64,000 bases of DNA from positions 1,106 to 65,105 of the forward strand of contig CAYJPT010000001.1 of the NCBI GenBank assembly GCA_964372165.1. Direction: 5' to 3'. Source of the DNA: an uncultured Desulfovibrionaceae bacterium. GTDB taxonomy: Bacteria; Desulfobacterota; Desulfovibrionia; Desulfovibrionales; Desulfovibrionaceae. The position numbers were made by a program, and so were the translations under genes. The stretch's first letter is position 1, and each line of letters begins with the position of its first letter. Positions 46,358-56,397 of the stretch are shown in pieces. The notes under the pieces are model-generated. The model saw only the letters and a list, made by a program, of their open reading frames with translations. It did not search any database and was not told where the DNA came from.

Positions 46358-47713
46358 ATGTCAGTAAATCAATTAAATATGCTTCAAACCAAGGGACATA
46401 TGCAAGCTCAAGACTTGGAACTTAAGCAAAATCAAGTTTCATCGCTTACAAAAAGCAATCTAGATCCTGCTGCAAAAGAAAAGAAGCTACGCGAAGCTTG
46501 TGAGGGTTTTGAGTCAATTTTTATACAAAAAATGTGGCAACAAATGCGTGCTACTCTACCTCAAGAAAATCCCCTAGTAGGACGAGAAGAAAAATTTTGG
46601 CAAGGCATGTATGATCAGGAACTTGCTAAAAAGATGGCTTCATCTGGTGGTATTGGTCTTGCGGATATGATGTACAGTCAACTTTCTCGCAACTTGGTTT
46701 CAGCTAGTCGTACTACAGCTGATGCTATGGGACAGAATAAAGGTTTTGAAATTAGCTCAACACCACTATTGCCTGTACAAGATTCTGCGCCTATGCAGGC
46801 ACAAAGCTCCCCAAATGCTTTAGACCAAGGTACTAAGGTGCAAACCAATGACAATAAATTAAGTGCTAACAATAATGTAACGCAACCAAGCAACGTTTCG
46901 CAAAACATAACTAATAGCACAGCTTCAACTATACCAAATAGTATTTATAGTGGTGCTGCTCCACATATGGGCGAAAGTGCAAGTCATGATGCAAACACTA
47001 ACACAAACCACAATAGCAATTTTGTGGCAAATGCAAGCAACAATATGCAAGCAAGCGCAATGACTTCTAGCCCAAATAGCACACCAATTGTGGAGCAATA
47101 CCTTACTAATATACAAAACAAGCAAACAGCAACAGCAACAACGCAAGAAATTCCAACAGGTCTTGAACTTGCAAGACAAGCTCAGCTACAAGCTACAAAT
47201 CAGCCACCCTTAAATGGTGTTTTACCAAGGCAAAACACACCGCTTAATGCCAATGACTTACAAATACAAAATGCCTTTATTCAACCAAATGCCAATACTT
47301 CCGTAGTTGCAGGGATAACACAAGCCATGGGCAATGCAGCTATGACTAACACTTCTTTGGGAAATAGTTCTGGGCAAATAGCACCGGGTGCGGCTCTTAT
47401 GCAAGCGCAAATTGGCAATCAAACACTAGAAAATACGCAACAACATATCATTCGCACTACCTATACAACTAATATTCCAGCTAATGAGCGTAGCAAGCGT
47501 AAAAGCAGTCAACATTTAACTTCAGGCCAGCCAACGGTACAAAACTTAACAACGGCTTATCCTTATGGTTCAAGTAAGGTAAATAATGCTCAAGGTAATG
47601 CTGCAGTGCAATCCACAAATGCAAGACAGCTTGCTCAATCCCCCCTTGTGCAAGAACTTGAAAGTTCACCAATTACACCTGTAGCTGCGCCAAATGAACA
47701 AGATAAGAGCTAA
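46358..47713 (+). CDS. FlgJ-like rod-binding protein lacking a muramidase domain, with a long Q/N/T/S-rich tail
   Basis: The rod-binding domain LREACEGFESIFIQKMWQQMR...GGIGLADMMYSQL lies in the first ~110 aa. The remaining ~340 aa are low complexity. Confidence 0.75.
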   Translation: MSVNQLNMLQTKGHMQAQDLELKQNQVSSLTKSNLDPAAKEKKLREACEGFESIFIQKMWQQMRATLPQENPLVGREEKFWQGMYDQELAKKMASSGGIGLADMMYSQLSRNLVSASRTTADAMGQNKGFEISSTPLLPVQDSAPMQAQSSPNALDQGTKVQTNDNKLSANNNVTQPSNVSQNITNSTASTIPNSIYSGAAPHMGESASHDANTNTNHNSNFVANASNNMQASAMTSSPNSTPIVEQYLTNIQNKQTATATTQEIPTGLELARQAQLQATNQPPLNGVLPRQNTPLNANDLQIQNAFIQPNANTSVVAGITQAMGNAAMTNTSLGNSSGQIAPGAALMQAQIGNQTLENTQQHIIRTTYTTNIPANERSKRKSSQHLTSGQPTVQNLTTAYPYGSSKVNNAQGNAAVQSTNARQLAQSPLVQELESSPITPVAAPNEQDKS

Positions 47714-47722
47714 GCGAAATAA

Positions 47723-47738
47723 AGGCATGATATTTGCA
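47723..47738 (+). promoter_or_regulatory. Candidate sigma-54 (-24/-12) promoter for flgN-flgK-flgL-csrA-fliW
   Basis: AGGCATGATATTTGCA against the consensus TGGCACG-N4-TTGCW. GG, TTGCA and the spacing all fit. It ends 53 nt before the ATG at 47792. Confidence 0.55.
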
Positions 47739-47791
47739 TTATAAGTTTATATAAATTTTATGGGCACATTTTACCATACAAGGAAGATATA

Positions 47792-48259
47792 ATGTACCAA
47801 CAAATACACAATACCCTAACCAGACAAAGCCAAGGTCTAAAGCTTTTGGTAAGTTTGTTAGATGAAGAATATGACCTTTTACGTCAGCGTGAAACTGATG
47901 CCGTTGTCGCCATAGAGTTTAGCATACATGAACTTATTCGCCAATTGGCATACGAAAAAGAATTTGTTATTCGTATGCTTAACGGTGGAAAAATATTACA
48001 TTATGTTGAGCTATTACCTGCTGGACAAAGCGAGGTTTTGCTTGAACTATATAAAAGTATTGGCACAAATGAGCAAAGAGCATCGCGGCAAGCTTCACGC
48101 AATGCGCAACTTTCTTTAGCCTTGCTTGATCAAAGTCAACGCCTTATGCAAGAGCTACACAGTCACATAATACCTAAGCCCACACCAACCTATGGTAGAC
48201 GTGGTGCTATGGGCACAAGACAAAGACCACAAGCCAGTCTTATTTCTGGGAGGCTCTAA
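47792..48259 (+). CDS. FlgN-like flagellar export chaperone
   Basis: 155 aa, helical, immediately upstream of and overlapping flgK. The call rests on position and general resemblance only. Confidence 0.5.
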   Translation: MYQQIHNTLTRQSQGLKLLVSLLDEEYDLLRQRETDAVVAIEFSIHELIRQLAYEKEFVIRMLNGGKILHYVELLPAGQSEVLLELYKSIGTNEQRASRQASRNAQLSLALLDQSQRLMQELHSHIIPKPTPTYGRRGAMGTRQRPQASLISGRL

Positions 48260-50379
48260 TGTCCATTAACGGTTTATTCAATATAGGCCAATCGGCTCTT
48301 AACGCGCAACAAAATACCATTGCTACTACTGGTAATAATATTGCTAATGTGAATACACCTGGTTATTCACGTCAATATGTGCAGCTTGAGGATGCCTTTG
48401 CCCTTACTGATAAACCTGGTGCCCAAGGTATGGGCGTTGATGCTGTTCAAGTTTTACGCCGCTTTGACCAATTTATTGAAGTTTCTTTTTTAGATAAATA
48501 TACCGAAGCCTCACGCTGGGAACAACAATCAACCACCATGACCAGCGTAGAAAGCATTTTTAATGAAGCAAATCGTACTGGTATTAGTGATAGTATGACT
48601 GCCTTTTTTAAAGCATGGCAAGACCTTGCACTACGCCCCGATGATTCTGCAACAAGGCAAAACTTGCTTTCAACTTCTGACAATTTAAGCTTGCTTGTAC
48701 GCCAATCTATGGAAGATTTAGAGCAAATCCGCCAGCAAATGGATTTATCTATTCAAGTTGATGTTGATAGAGCCAATGAATTAATAGGAACCATTGCAGA
48801 ATTAAATAAGCAAATTACCCAAAATACCATTGTGGGTGTTAGCAATCCCAACGACCTCATGGATAAGCGTGATGTAGCCATACGTGAACTTGCTGAAATT
48901 GTTGACATAGACACACAATATGGTGATGGTAATGACATAACAATTCGCCTATCCAATGGCTTTCCCTTAGTGCAAGGACATGAAACATTTTCTTTAGAAG
49001 TTTTAGGTCATCGCTCTGAAAGTAATAAAGTGCCTGATTCCACTTATGAAGGTAATATCACATTTGATGGTGCAGATTCGCGTGAATACACAGTTGAAAT
49101 GCTAAGCGGTGGTGACGCAGGAGCAGTTGGTGCAGCTACAAATCCAACATTTAGGGTATCACTTGACGGCGGCAAAACTTGGTTACGTGATGAAGATGGT
49201 ACAGAGTCCGTATTTGAAGTAACTGACGATAACGGCGATGGCGAAGTTGATCCAGTGCTTGTACATAACCTTAAAATATCATTTAGTGAAACTGACGACT
49301 TCACAGCCAATGATCGTTTTATTATAACTCCCAAAAGTGGTTTATATTGGATTGAGCCCACACGTGGACCTCAAAATATTACACCACAAACCTATTTTGA
49401 CGGGACTGAAAATCAAGATCGTTTATCTGGTGGCACACTTACAGCTTTCTTTAATGTGCGTGATGAGCATATAGGACGCTACGAAGACGAGCTTGACGCT
49501 GTTGCCCATAGTCTTATATGGGAAGTAAATAAACTACATAGTCAGGGTGCTGGACTTGAGCATGTTTCTTACTATGCCGGAACAGAGCAAGTTACTGACA
49601 CAAGCATTGCCCTAAATACACCGCAAAGCGGGTTGGAATTTGCTGATAAATTAACAGAGGGTAATATACATTTTCATTTTTATGATAAAGAAACAGGTAG
49701 CTACTACGATGGTGGCATGTTAGATTTTGATACCGCTACCGACGGCATACAAAACTTTGACCCCTCAGTACACAGCCTTCAAGATGTTGCAAGTGCTATT
49801 AATAACACCTTTGGAACTGAAATCAGTGCTACCATTCTTGATAATAAGTTAAGCCTTAATATCAATAACCCTGACCTTGAATTTTCATTAGGTACTGATA
49901 CCACCGGCGTTATGGCAGCCCTTGGCATTAACACATTTTTTCAAGGGGATGATGCCACAAGTATCGCGCTTAATTCGGATATACACTCTGACCTTAACCG
50001 CATTGCGGCAGGCTACATTAACGGCAAAAACGAACTTAACCCCGGTGATGATGCTCTAGCCAATGGCGTTGGTAATTTACTTACTGAAAAAGTAGAAATA
50101 TCCACAGTTTGGCGTACTACAAGTGATCAAAGTATTTCAGAATATTACAGCACATTTGTTTCTCGTGTTGGTGCTGATACACGTACAGCACATACCAATG
50201 CCGAATACAATACGGCCCTTGCTAATGACTTAAGTGCACAACAGCAAGCGGTATCAGGTGTTAACCTTGATGAGGAAATGTCTAATTTAATTAAGTTTCA
50301 ACATTCCTATACCGCAGCGGCAAAGCTAATTACCACAGCAGATGAAATGCTACAAACATTGCTTGGCCTTAAGCAATAA
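48259..50379 (+). CDS. flgK: Flagellar hook-associated protein 1 (FlgK)
   Basis: N-terminal SALNAQQNTIATTGNNIANVNTPGYSRQ and C-terminal NLDEEMSNLIKFQHSYTAAAKLITTADEMLQTLL. Confidence 0.9.
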   Translation: MSINGLFNIGQSALNAQQNTIATTGNNIANVNTPGYSRQYVQLEDAFALTDKPGAQGMGVDAVQVLRRFDQFIEVSFLDKYTEASRWEQQSTTMTSVESIFNEANRTGISDSMTAFFKAWQDLALRPDDSATRQNLLSTSDNLSLLVRQSMEDLEQIRQQMDLSIQVDVDRANELIGTIAELNKQITQNTIVGVSNPNDLMDKRDVAIRELAEIVDIDTQYGDGNDITIRLSNGFPLVQGHETFSLEVLGHRSESNKVPDSTYEGNITFDGADSREYTVEMLSGGDAGAVGAATNPTFRVSLDGGKTWLRDEDGTESVFEVTDDNGDGEVDPVLVHNLKISFSETDDFTANDRFIITPKSGLYWIEPTRGPQNITPQTYFDGTENQDRLSGGTLTAFFNVRDEHIGRYEDELDAVAHSLIWEVNKLHSQGAGLEHVSYYAGTEQVTDTSIALNTPQSGLEFADKLTEGNIHFHFYDKETGSYYDGGMLDFDTATDGIQNFDPSVHSLQDVASAINNTFGTEISATILDNKLSLNINNPDLEFSLGTDTTGVMAALGINTFFQGDDATSIALNSDIHSDLNRIAAGYINGKNELNPGDDALANGVGNLLTEKVEISTVWRTTSDQSISEYYSTFVSRVGADTRTAHTNAEYNTALANDLSAQQQAVSGVNLDEEMSNLIKFQHSYTAAAKLITTADEMLQTLLGLKQ

Positions 50380-50402
50380 AGCAAATAGGATAGGAGTTTA
50401 AT

Positions 50403-52250
50403 ATGCGCGTAACCAATAATATGATTTATGATAATTCGCTGTACAATATGCAGTCATCTTTAGGCGCGCTTTTAGAATCTAACATTCAAGGCGGATCACA
50501 AAAGAAAATTAATCGCCCTTCCGATGATCCGGCAGGTGCAGCACTTGTACTCAACTCAAGAGCCAATATTGAATCAACTGAGCAATACCAGCGTAATGTC
50601 GATACTGCACGCGGTTGGCTACAGCTTGCTGATGCAACCTTGCAACAAACCAGTACAACCATATTAAAAATTAAAGAATTGACTGAGCAAGCCTCTACCG
50701 AAACCATGACTGATGAAAATAGAGAACAAATTGCTTATCAATTGGAAGAATTATTTGGACAGCTTTTAAATTTATCCAATACTGAATTTGAAGGCAATTC
50801 CATCTTTGCCGGTCATAAGTATGACAATAACGCCTTTGAACAAAGTCTTGGTGTTGTGAGCAAAGATCCAAATTTTGATAGCAGTACTGTTACTGTTAGT
50901 GGTGATAGTGATACAAATACAGCCATACGCTTTATAAGTAATGGTACTGTAGGTGTTGATGCCCTAAACTACCAATACAGCCAAAACGGTGGGGATACAT
51001 GGACTGACGCCACCCTTGCCGCTGGTGAAACAAGCATTACTGTTGAAGGTGTAACATTAGACATTCGTCCAGGTTCGCAAATAACTGCAGCAACCAGAAC
51101 CGATGATATATATTCTGATGACGGTACCTTTTTATATGTTCACCCAACAACAGAATATGGTGGTGATGATAATGACCGCAATATTTATGGTTTAACAAGT
51201 GGTGCGCCAAGTGGTATGAGCAATACCGTAGTCGGGTCACTACCTGACAATACAATTTTTACCTTAACAGGTGATGTTGACCTGAAAACTGCTGGTGCAA
51301 CTATCAACTATAGCATTACCCAAAGTGATGGCACTGTACAAAACTACACAGCTACTGTACCAAACCCACCACCGCCACAAACACCAAATGGCATTGTGGA
51401 GCTACCCTTTGATGATGCTAACGGCAACAGATTGACCCTTGAACTTGATACCAGCAATGCAACTACTAGCGCTTTAACAGCAGGTATGCGCATTGACCTA
51501 CAACCTCGCCGCGTGGATATGCTTGGTGGTAATCCTGATAATACCTTGCTTAATGCTCAAGGTAGCTTTGCACAAAACACCTTGGTACGTTTAGACGATG
51601 ATACAAACCTTAGTGATGCAGGCTCTATAATTAACTATTCATACAGCTCAGATGGTGGTAATACTTGGATTACGGCCACAAGCCAAGTACCAACACCACC
51701 GACAGGTAGTGCACGCTTAGCATTGCCCGGTGGTTTTTTAGAATTATCCGATGCCCCTGGTATTGCACCACCAAATACAATGCCTGCTGGTACGCAATTA
51801 GTTATACATCCTGACCGTGCTGACCTTAGTTATGAAATTATGAAGGACACCTACGTTGCAGCAAACCAAGTTGGTAAGGATATTTTTGGTGGGCAATACA
51901 ATGGTCAAGTAGTTGATGGGCCAAACCTTTTTGAAGTTGTGGGACAACTTATTTCGTATTGCCACTTTAATGACACCGATGGTATCTCCCAAACTTTGGA
52001 AACTTTAACCGAAGCACATGAACATGTAGAAACACAAGCAACTCGCATCGGTGGATTAAATAATCGCTTAGACCTTGCAGCCGACGTTTTGAGCTTTGAA
52101 AAGCTAGACCAACAAGAACGTTTAAGTTATACTGAAGACATAGACTTGACAGAACTTTTAAATAATTTGGCAAAACAAGAGCTTGCATACAATACTGTGC
52201 TAAAATCATCCTCCATGATTATGCAGCTTAATTTGACACAATTTGTATAA
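50403..52250 (+). CDS. flgL: Flagellar hook-associated protein 3 (FlgL), unusually long
   Basis: MRVTNNMIYDN with the flagellin-like N-terminus PSDDPAGAA, and a flagellin-like C-terminal helix. 615 aa with a large central insert. Confidence 0.85.
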   Translation: MRVTNNMIYDNSLYNMQSSLGALLESNIQGGSQKKINRPSDDPAGAALVLNSRANIESTEQYQRNVDTARGWLQLADATLQQTSTTILKIKELTEQASTETMTDENREQIAYQLEELFGQLLNLSNTEFEGNSIFAGHKYDNNAFEQSLGVVSKDPNFDSSTVTVSGDSDTNTAIRFISNGTVGVDALNYQYSQNGGDTWTDATLAAGETSITVEGVTLDIRPGSQITAATRTDDIYSDDGTFLYVHPTTEYGGDDNDRNIYGLTSGAPSGMSNTVVGSLPDNTIFTLTGDVDLKTAGATINYSITQSDGTVQNYTATVPNPPPPQTPNGIVELPFDDANGNRLTLELDTSNATTSALTAGMRIDLQPRRVDMLGGNPDNTLLNAQGSFAQNTLVRLDDDTNLSDAGSIINYSYSSDGGNTWITATSQVPTPPTGSARLALPGGFLELSDAPGIAPPNTMPAGTQLVIHPDRADLSYEIMKDTYVAANQVGKDIFGGQYNGQVVDGPNLFEVVGQLISYCHFNDTDGISQTLETLTEAHEHVETQATRIGGLNNRLDLAADVLSFEKLDQQERLSYTEDIDLTELLNNLAKQELAYNTVLKSSSMIMQLNLTQFV

Positions 52251-52266
52251 AGCACATGGGTAATAT

Positions 52267-52503
52267 ATGTTAATTCTTACACGTCGCCCCGGTGAAAGCC
52301 TTTATGTGGGTGAAAATATACGCATCACCGTTCTTGGCTTGCAAGGTAAGCAGGTCAAAATTGGTCTTGATGTACCCAATGACATGACTGTCTACAGGGA
52401 AGAAGTATATAAACGTGTGACTGAAGAAAATCGTCTCGCCATTGAGACAAGCAACGAAGACCTATTGATGGTGGCAAGTTTATGGCAAGAGAAAACGAAG
52501 TAG
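52267..52503 (+). CDS. csrA: Carbon storage regulator CsrA
   Basis: [37 protein letters not shown]...VYREEVY. Confidence 0.95.
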   Translation: MLILTRRPGESLYVGENIRITVLGLQGKQVKIGLDVPNDMTVYREEVYKRVTEENRLAIETSNEDLLMVASLWQEKTK

Positions 52504-52973
52504 AAGTGCAAACCCGATTAGGGACTAGGCACATCAATAAAGATAAAGTTATTTACTTTCCTCGTGGCTTGGCTGGGTTTGAAGGTTTACATGAATTTAC
52601 CTTACTCCAAATACGCCCCGATGCGCCCCTTTTGGTATTGCAAAGCATGGATAAGCCAGAGGTGGGTTTACTGGTAGCTGACCCTTATAGTTTTATAAAA
52701 GATTTTAATATTAAAATTGGTGATGCTGAACAAAAACTTCTATGCTTAAAAGAATTACACCAACTAGCAGTGCTTGTCACTGTAACTATACCTGTTGGCC
52801 AGCCAGAAAAGACTGCCCTCAACCTTGTAGGGCCAATCATCATTAACCACGAAGCTCGTATTGGCTTACAAATACCTCAATCAGAAAACAATACCCCAAA
52901 CCAAGTTTTACTATCTGAATTAAATAACGATAAAGAGCTTAATAATGATGATGAAAGTGAAAAATCTTCCTAA
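52482..52973 (+). CDS. fliW: Flagellar assembly factor FliW
   Basis: [16 protein letters not shown] and NLVGPIIIN motifs. Overlaps csrA by 22 nt. Confidence 0.85.
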   Translation: MARENEVEVQTRLGTRHINKDKVIYFPRGLAGFEGLHEFTLLQIRPDAPLLVLQSMDKPEVGLLVADPYSFIKDFNIKIGDAEQKLLCLKELHQLAVLVTVTIPVGQPEKTALNLVGPIIINHEARIGLQIPQSENNTPNQVLLSELNNDKELNNDDESEKSS

Positions 52974-53109
52974 TATATTCGATGCTGAATAACACAGTTC
53001 AATGTATTATTCTAAAAGGCACATTAACCCCAAGTAAACTTTTGGGAAATACCAGCATTTCATCTCAAAGCTCGCCGGGGTGTTCCCGTTAGCCTAAAAA
53101 CAAAGCGAG

Positions 53110-53194
53110 AGCTCTGCACAGTTGTTTTAAAATATAATTTTGCCGTTAAAATTTTAAAAATTACTTCAATGGCAAAATGTAATGTGCAGAGGCT
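53110..53194. repeat. Short element bounded by CTCTGCACA(A/G)TT-type inverted ends
   Basis: Left end AGCTCTGCACAGTTG (53110-53124); right end AATGTGCAGAGGCT (53181-53194). The interior aligns with the first ~60 nt of 16626-16828 and contains the TTTTGCC...GGCAAAA stem. Confidence 0.5.
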
Positions 53195-53242
53195 TTTATT
53201 TTTATTATTGCAGAAGCTTTTTATCTTTTATGAATTGGCAGC

Positions 53243-54145
53243 TTAGCTGATGGACATTTGTTTTTTTTGCCTAATAACCCAAAGACTTTGCAAACATACC
53301 GAAAGAATAATCACAAAAAGTCCCATATAAAAAGCAAAATTAAGCTCTCTTGCTTCACCAAGAAAAGCTATGGCAATAAATATGCTATACACTGGTTCTA
53401 AATTATAACTTAAATTAACAGTAAAAGCTGAAATACAGTGTAGGGATTGAATAAGCAAGTAACTCATGCCAATAGTACAAAAAGTTGAAAGACAAAATAA
53501 CAGTATAGTATCTTTTAAGCTTGGTATCAAGTAGGTGATTTCAAAGTAGTTAATGCAGATAGGCAAGATACAAGTTAAGAATAAAGCCCCACCTCCCATT
53601 TGATAAAGTAAAGTAGCATTATCACTGTACCCTTTGAAATACTTAATACTAATCGTATATAATGCACCTAAAAAAGCAGCGATTACTCCGGCAATAATGC
53701 CAAGCCTGTAGCGCACATCAAAAGAAAAAATCAGCAACACTCCAAGCACTGTTAATAGGCTAAAGGCCAGTTCACGCCAAGAAAAGCGGGTGCGTAATAA
53801 AAGCGGTTCACTAACGGCTGTAAAAAATCCAATTAAAGAGTAACAAACAACGCCAATTGACACATTGGAAAGCTTTATGCTGGCATAAAAAAACAACCAA
53901 TGCACACAAATTAGCACACCACTAAAGCCGATTTTTAAAAAGTCCTTTAAGCTAATTCGTTCAAACTTACCGCTGAAATATAAAAAAAGGGCAAAAATAA
54001 CAAAGGTCATGGACATTCTATACCAAACAAGCATGACTTGTTCCAAATCAATCAGCTTGCCTAAAATACCTGTAAAACCAGCTAGTAGTATAGATGTATG
54101 CAGCTTAATAAACGCTTTATTTGTATCAGTTAGAGTAAAAAACAT
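53243..54145 (-). CDS. EamA/DMT-family transporter
   Basis: 300 aa with about ten TM segments in two homologous halves. Confidence 0.8.
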   Translation of the reverse strand: MFFTLTDTNKAFIKLHTSILLAGFTGILGKLIDLEQVMLVWYRMSMTFVIFALFLYFSGKFERISLKDFLKIGFSGVLICVHWLFFYASIKLSNVSIGVVCYSLIGFFTAVSEPLLLRTRFSWRELAFSLLTVLGVLLIFSFDVRYRLGIIAGVIAAFLGALYTISIKYFKGYSDNATLLYQMGGGALFLTCILPICINYFEITYLIPSLKDTILLFCLSTFCTIGMSYLLIQSLHCISAFTVNLSYNLEPVYSIFIAIAFLGEARELNFAFYMGLFVIILSVCLQSLWVIRQKKQMSIS

Positions 54146-54148
54146 TTT

Positions 54149-54634
54149 TTACCGAGCTTTTAAGGTTTGCCTTGGGTCTAATATGGGAAAGGGGCGTGAC
54201 CCACCATCAACAATTTTCAAGGTGTTGACAATATTTTGAAAGTCTACACAAGCACCACTTGCCACTACAAAGACAAGCCTGCTACCATGATAAGTAAAGC
54301 GAGCAGAGCTTAAGACATCACTTTTTGTGTTTACAAAAAAACTAAATCCACCATCATCAGCCTTAGGGTTTTGCCCTTGCATACTTTGATATAAAACAAT
54401 GCCAAGCTCATTAAAATCTGAATTTTGGTGCAAGGTCACACTTACATTAATAACACATTGCTCCTTAGGCTCAGTAAAAATATAACTATTGCCCTGCTCT
54501 TCAACGATCCAATCACTTGGAATATCAATACTAAATTCCTTAAAATTTTGTGCAAAGGCAAGAGATGGCATGAAAATCATGCCACATATACATAGACATA
54601 AAAATCCATTTGCCACTTCTTGCACAAATTTCAT
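54149..54634 (-). CDS. Secreted hypothetical protein
   Basis: Trimmed to the ATG at 54634 (MKFVQEVANGFLCLCICGMIFMPSLAFAQ signal peptide). This removes the overlap with the upstream ligase gene. Confidence 0.45.
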   Translation of the reverse strand: MKFVQEVANGFLCLCICGMIFMPSLAFAQNFKEFSIDIPSDWIVEEQGNSYIFTEPKEQCVINVSVTLHQNSDFNELGIVLYQSMQGQNPKADDGGFSFFVNTKSDVLSSARFTYHGSRLVFVVASGACVDFQNIVNTLKIVDGGSRPFPILDPRQTLKAR

Positions 54635-54669
54635 TAAGTATGAGTGCAAAATAATTAAAGTTTTATTTA

Positions 54670-56367
54670 TCACAATTTCTTGCTTGCAGGAGCTTGCATT
54701 GCTTCTGGCCACATTTCAGAAGCCATTTCACGTAATTTAAACTTTTGTATTTTTCCACTGGCAGTTAGTGGGAAGCCCTCAATAGTTGCAATGTAACGTG
54801 GGATTTTAAACCATGCTATCTTGCCTCGGCAATGGTCCCGCACGTCTTCGGGTTGCACATCATAACCTGGTTTAGCAATGATAAATGCCCCGACTTCTTC
54901 TCCATATTTATGGCTTGCAACAGCTATTACTTGTACGTCTAAAACACCTTCCATGCCAAGTAAAAACTCTTCAATTTCACGTGGGTAAACATTTTCTCCC
55001 CCGCGAATAATCATATCCTTGATACGTCCGGTAATAGTAACATAGCCATTTTCATCCATAGTACCAAGGTCGCCTGAATGTAACCAACCATCAGGTGTTA
55101 TAGTTTCAGCTGTTTCTTTTGGCATGTTATAATAACCTTTCATAATATTATAACCACGGCACATAATCTCACCAACTTCACCACGTGGCATTTCTTCACA
55201 GGTGTCTGGATCTGCTACCTTTACCTCAATACCTGGCATGGCACATCCAACAGTGGCACAACGAACATCTAATGGATCATTTACATCTGATTGCGTCATA
55301 ACAGGCGAAGCTTCAGTTAAGCCATAACAAATTGTAATTTCACGCATATACATATCATCAACTACACGGCGCATTAGTGGTTCAGGACACACAGAGCCTG
55401 CCATAATACCAGTGCGTAATGAAGATACATCAAAACGTTTAAACATCTTATGTTCAAGAACCGCAATAAACATTGTTGGCACGCCATACAATGCCGTACA
55501 GCGTTCTGAATCAATAGCCTCTAACATATGAAGTGGATTGAAGTTTTCTAAAATGACCATAGTTGTACCATGATTTACGCAAGCTGAAACGCCAAGTACG
55601 CAACCAAAACAATGGAATAAAGGTACAGGCAAACAAAGGCGGTCTTTATCACTAAATTTTTGATGCGCACCAATCCAATAACCATTTAAACCAATGCCGA
55701 CATGAGTTAACATAACACCTTTGGGAAAGCCAGTAGTACCAGAAGTATATTGCATATTAATTACATCCCAAGGATCAAGCTCAGCCTGCCGTGTGGCATA
55801 TTCTTCGTCACTTACCATAACCGACATGGCTCGTACCTCAGGTATAGAGTACATACCACGATACTTTTCAACCCCTAAAAAGAAAATACGGCGCAAATGT
55901 GGTAAACTTGGTACATTAATACAATCACGTGATTGTGTGCGTAGCTCAGGCACTATGGTGTACAAGGTTTGAATAAAATCATGGTCACGTACATTATCGA
56001 TAATGAAAATATTTTCACATTCAGAATGCTGCAAAAGATAACGTAACTCATGCTCACGATAATTTGTATTAACTGTAATAAGCACAGCACCAATTTTTGC
56101 TGTAGCAAATTGCAAAGCTACCCAATATGGCACATTTGTCGCCCAAACGGCAACTTTTTCGCCTCTTTTAACCCCAAGCCCCATGAGACCTTTGGCCAGT
56201 TCATCAACAGTTTTACCAAATTCACGCCATGTTTGGCGATACTCACGATCAACATAAACAACAGCATCACTATCAGGAATGCGTGCTATGGTTTCATCAA
56301 GAATTTGTCCCAAGGTTCTTTCTTGTAATACAAATTGTTTTTGCCTTTCTGCTACTTTATTTTTCAT
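54670..56367 (-). CDS. AMP-dependent acyl-CoA synthetase/ligase
   Basis: AMP-binding signature YTSGTTGFPKGV, GYGLTE, and GDLGTMDENGYVTITGRIKD. Confidence 0.9.
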   Translation of the reverse strand: MKNKVAERQKQFVLQERTLGQILDETIARIPDSDAVVYVDREYRQTWREFGKTVDELAKGLMGLGVKRGEKVAVWATNVPYWVALQFATAKIGAVLITVNTNYREHELRYLLQHSECENIFIIDNVRDHDFIQTLYTIVPELRTQSRDCINVPSLPHLRRIFFLGVEKYRGMYSIPEVRAMSVMVSDEEYATRQAELDPWDVINMQYTSGTTGFPKGVMLTHVGIGLNGYWIGAHQKFSDKDRLCLPVPLFHCFGCVLGVSACVNHGTTMVILENFNPLHMLEAIDSERCTALYGVPTMFIAVLEHKMFKRFDVSSLRTGIMAGSVCPEPLMRRVVDDMYMREITICYGLTEASPVMTQSDVNDPLDVRCATVGCAMPGIEVKVADPDTCEEMPRGEVGEIMCRGYNIMKGYYNMPKETAETITPDGWLHSGDLGTMDENGYVTITGRIKDMIIRGGENVYPREIEEFLLGMEGVLDVQVIAVASHKYGEEVGAFIIAKPGYDVQPEDVRDHCRGKIAWFKIPRYIATIEGFPLTASGKIQKFKLREMASEMWPEAMQAPASKKL

Positions 56368-56397
56368 ACACTACCACACTTTTAAAGAACTTTAAGA

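Noticed and set aside
46700-47650. Low-complexity Q/N/T-rich stretch considered as non-coding repeat DNA or a separate gene
   Set aside because: It forms one uninterrupted frame continuous with the FlgJ rod-binding domain. The nucleotide sequence shows no tandem repeat unit. It is kept as part of the flgJ-like CDS.
52482-52503. csrA-fliW overlap as an anomaly
   Set aside because: The linked csrA-fliW pair downstream of flgK-flgL is the well-described partner-switch module of flagellated bacteria. The overlap reflects normal translational coupling.
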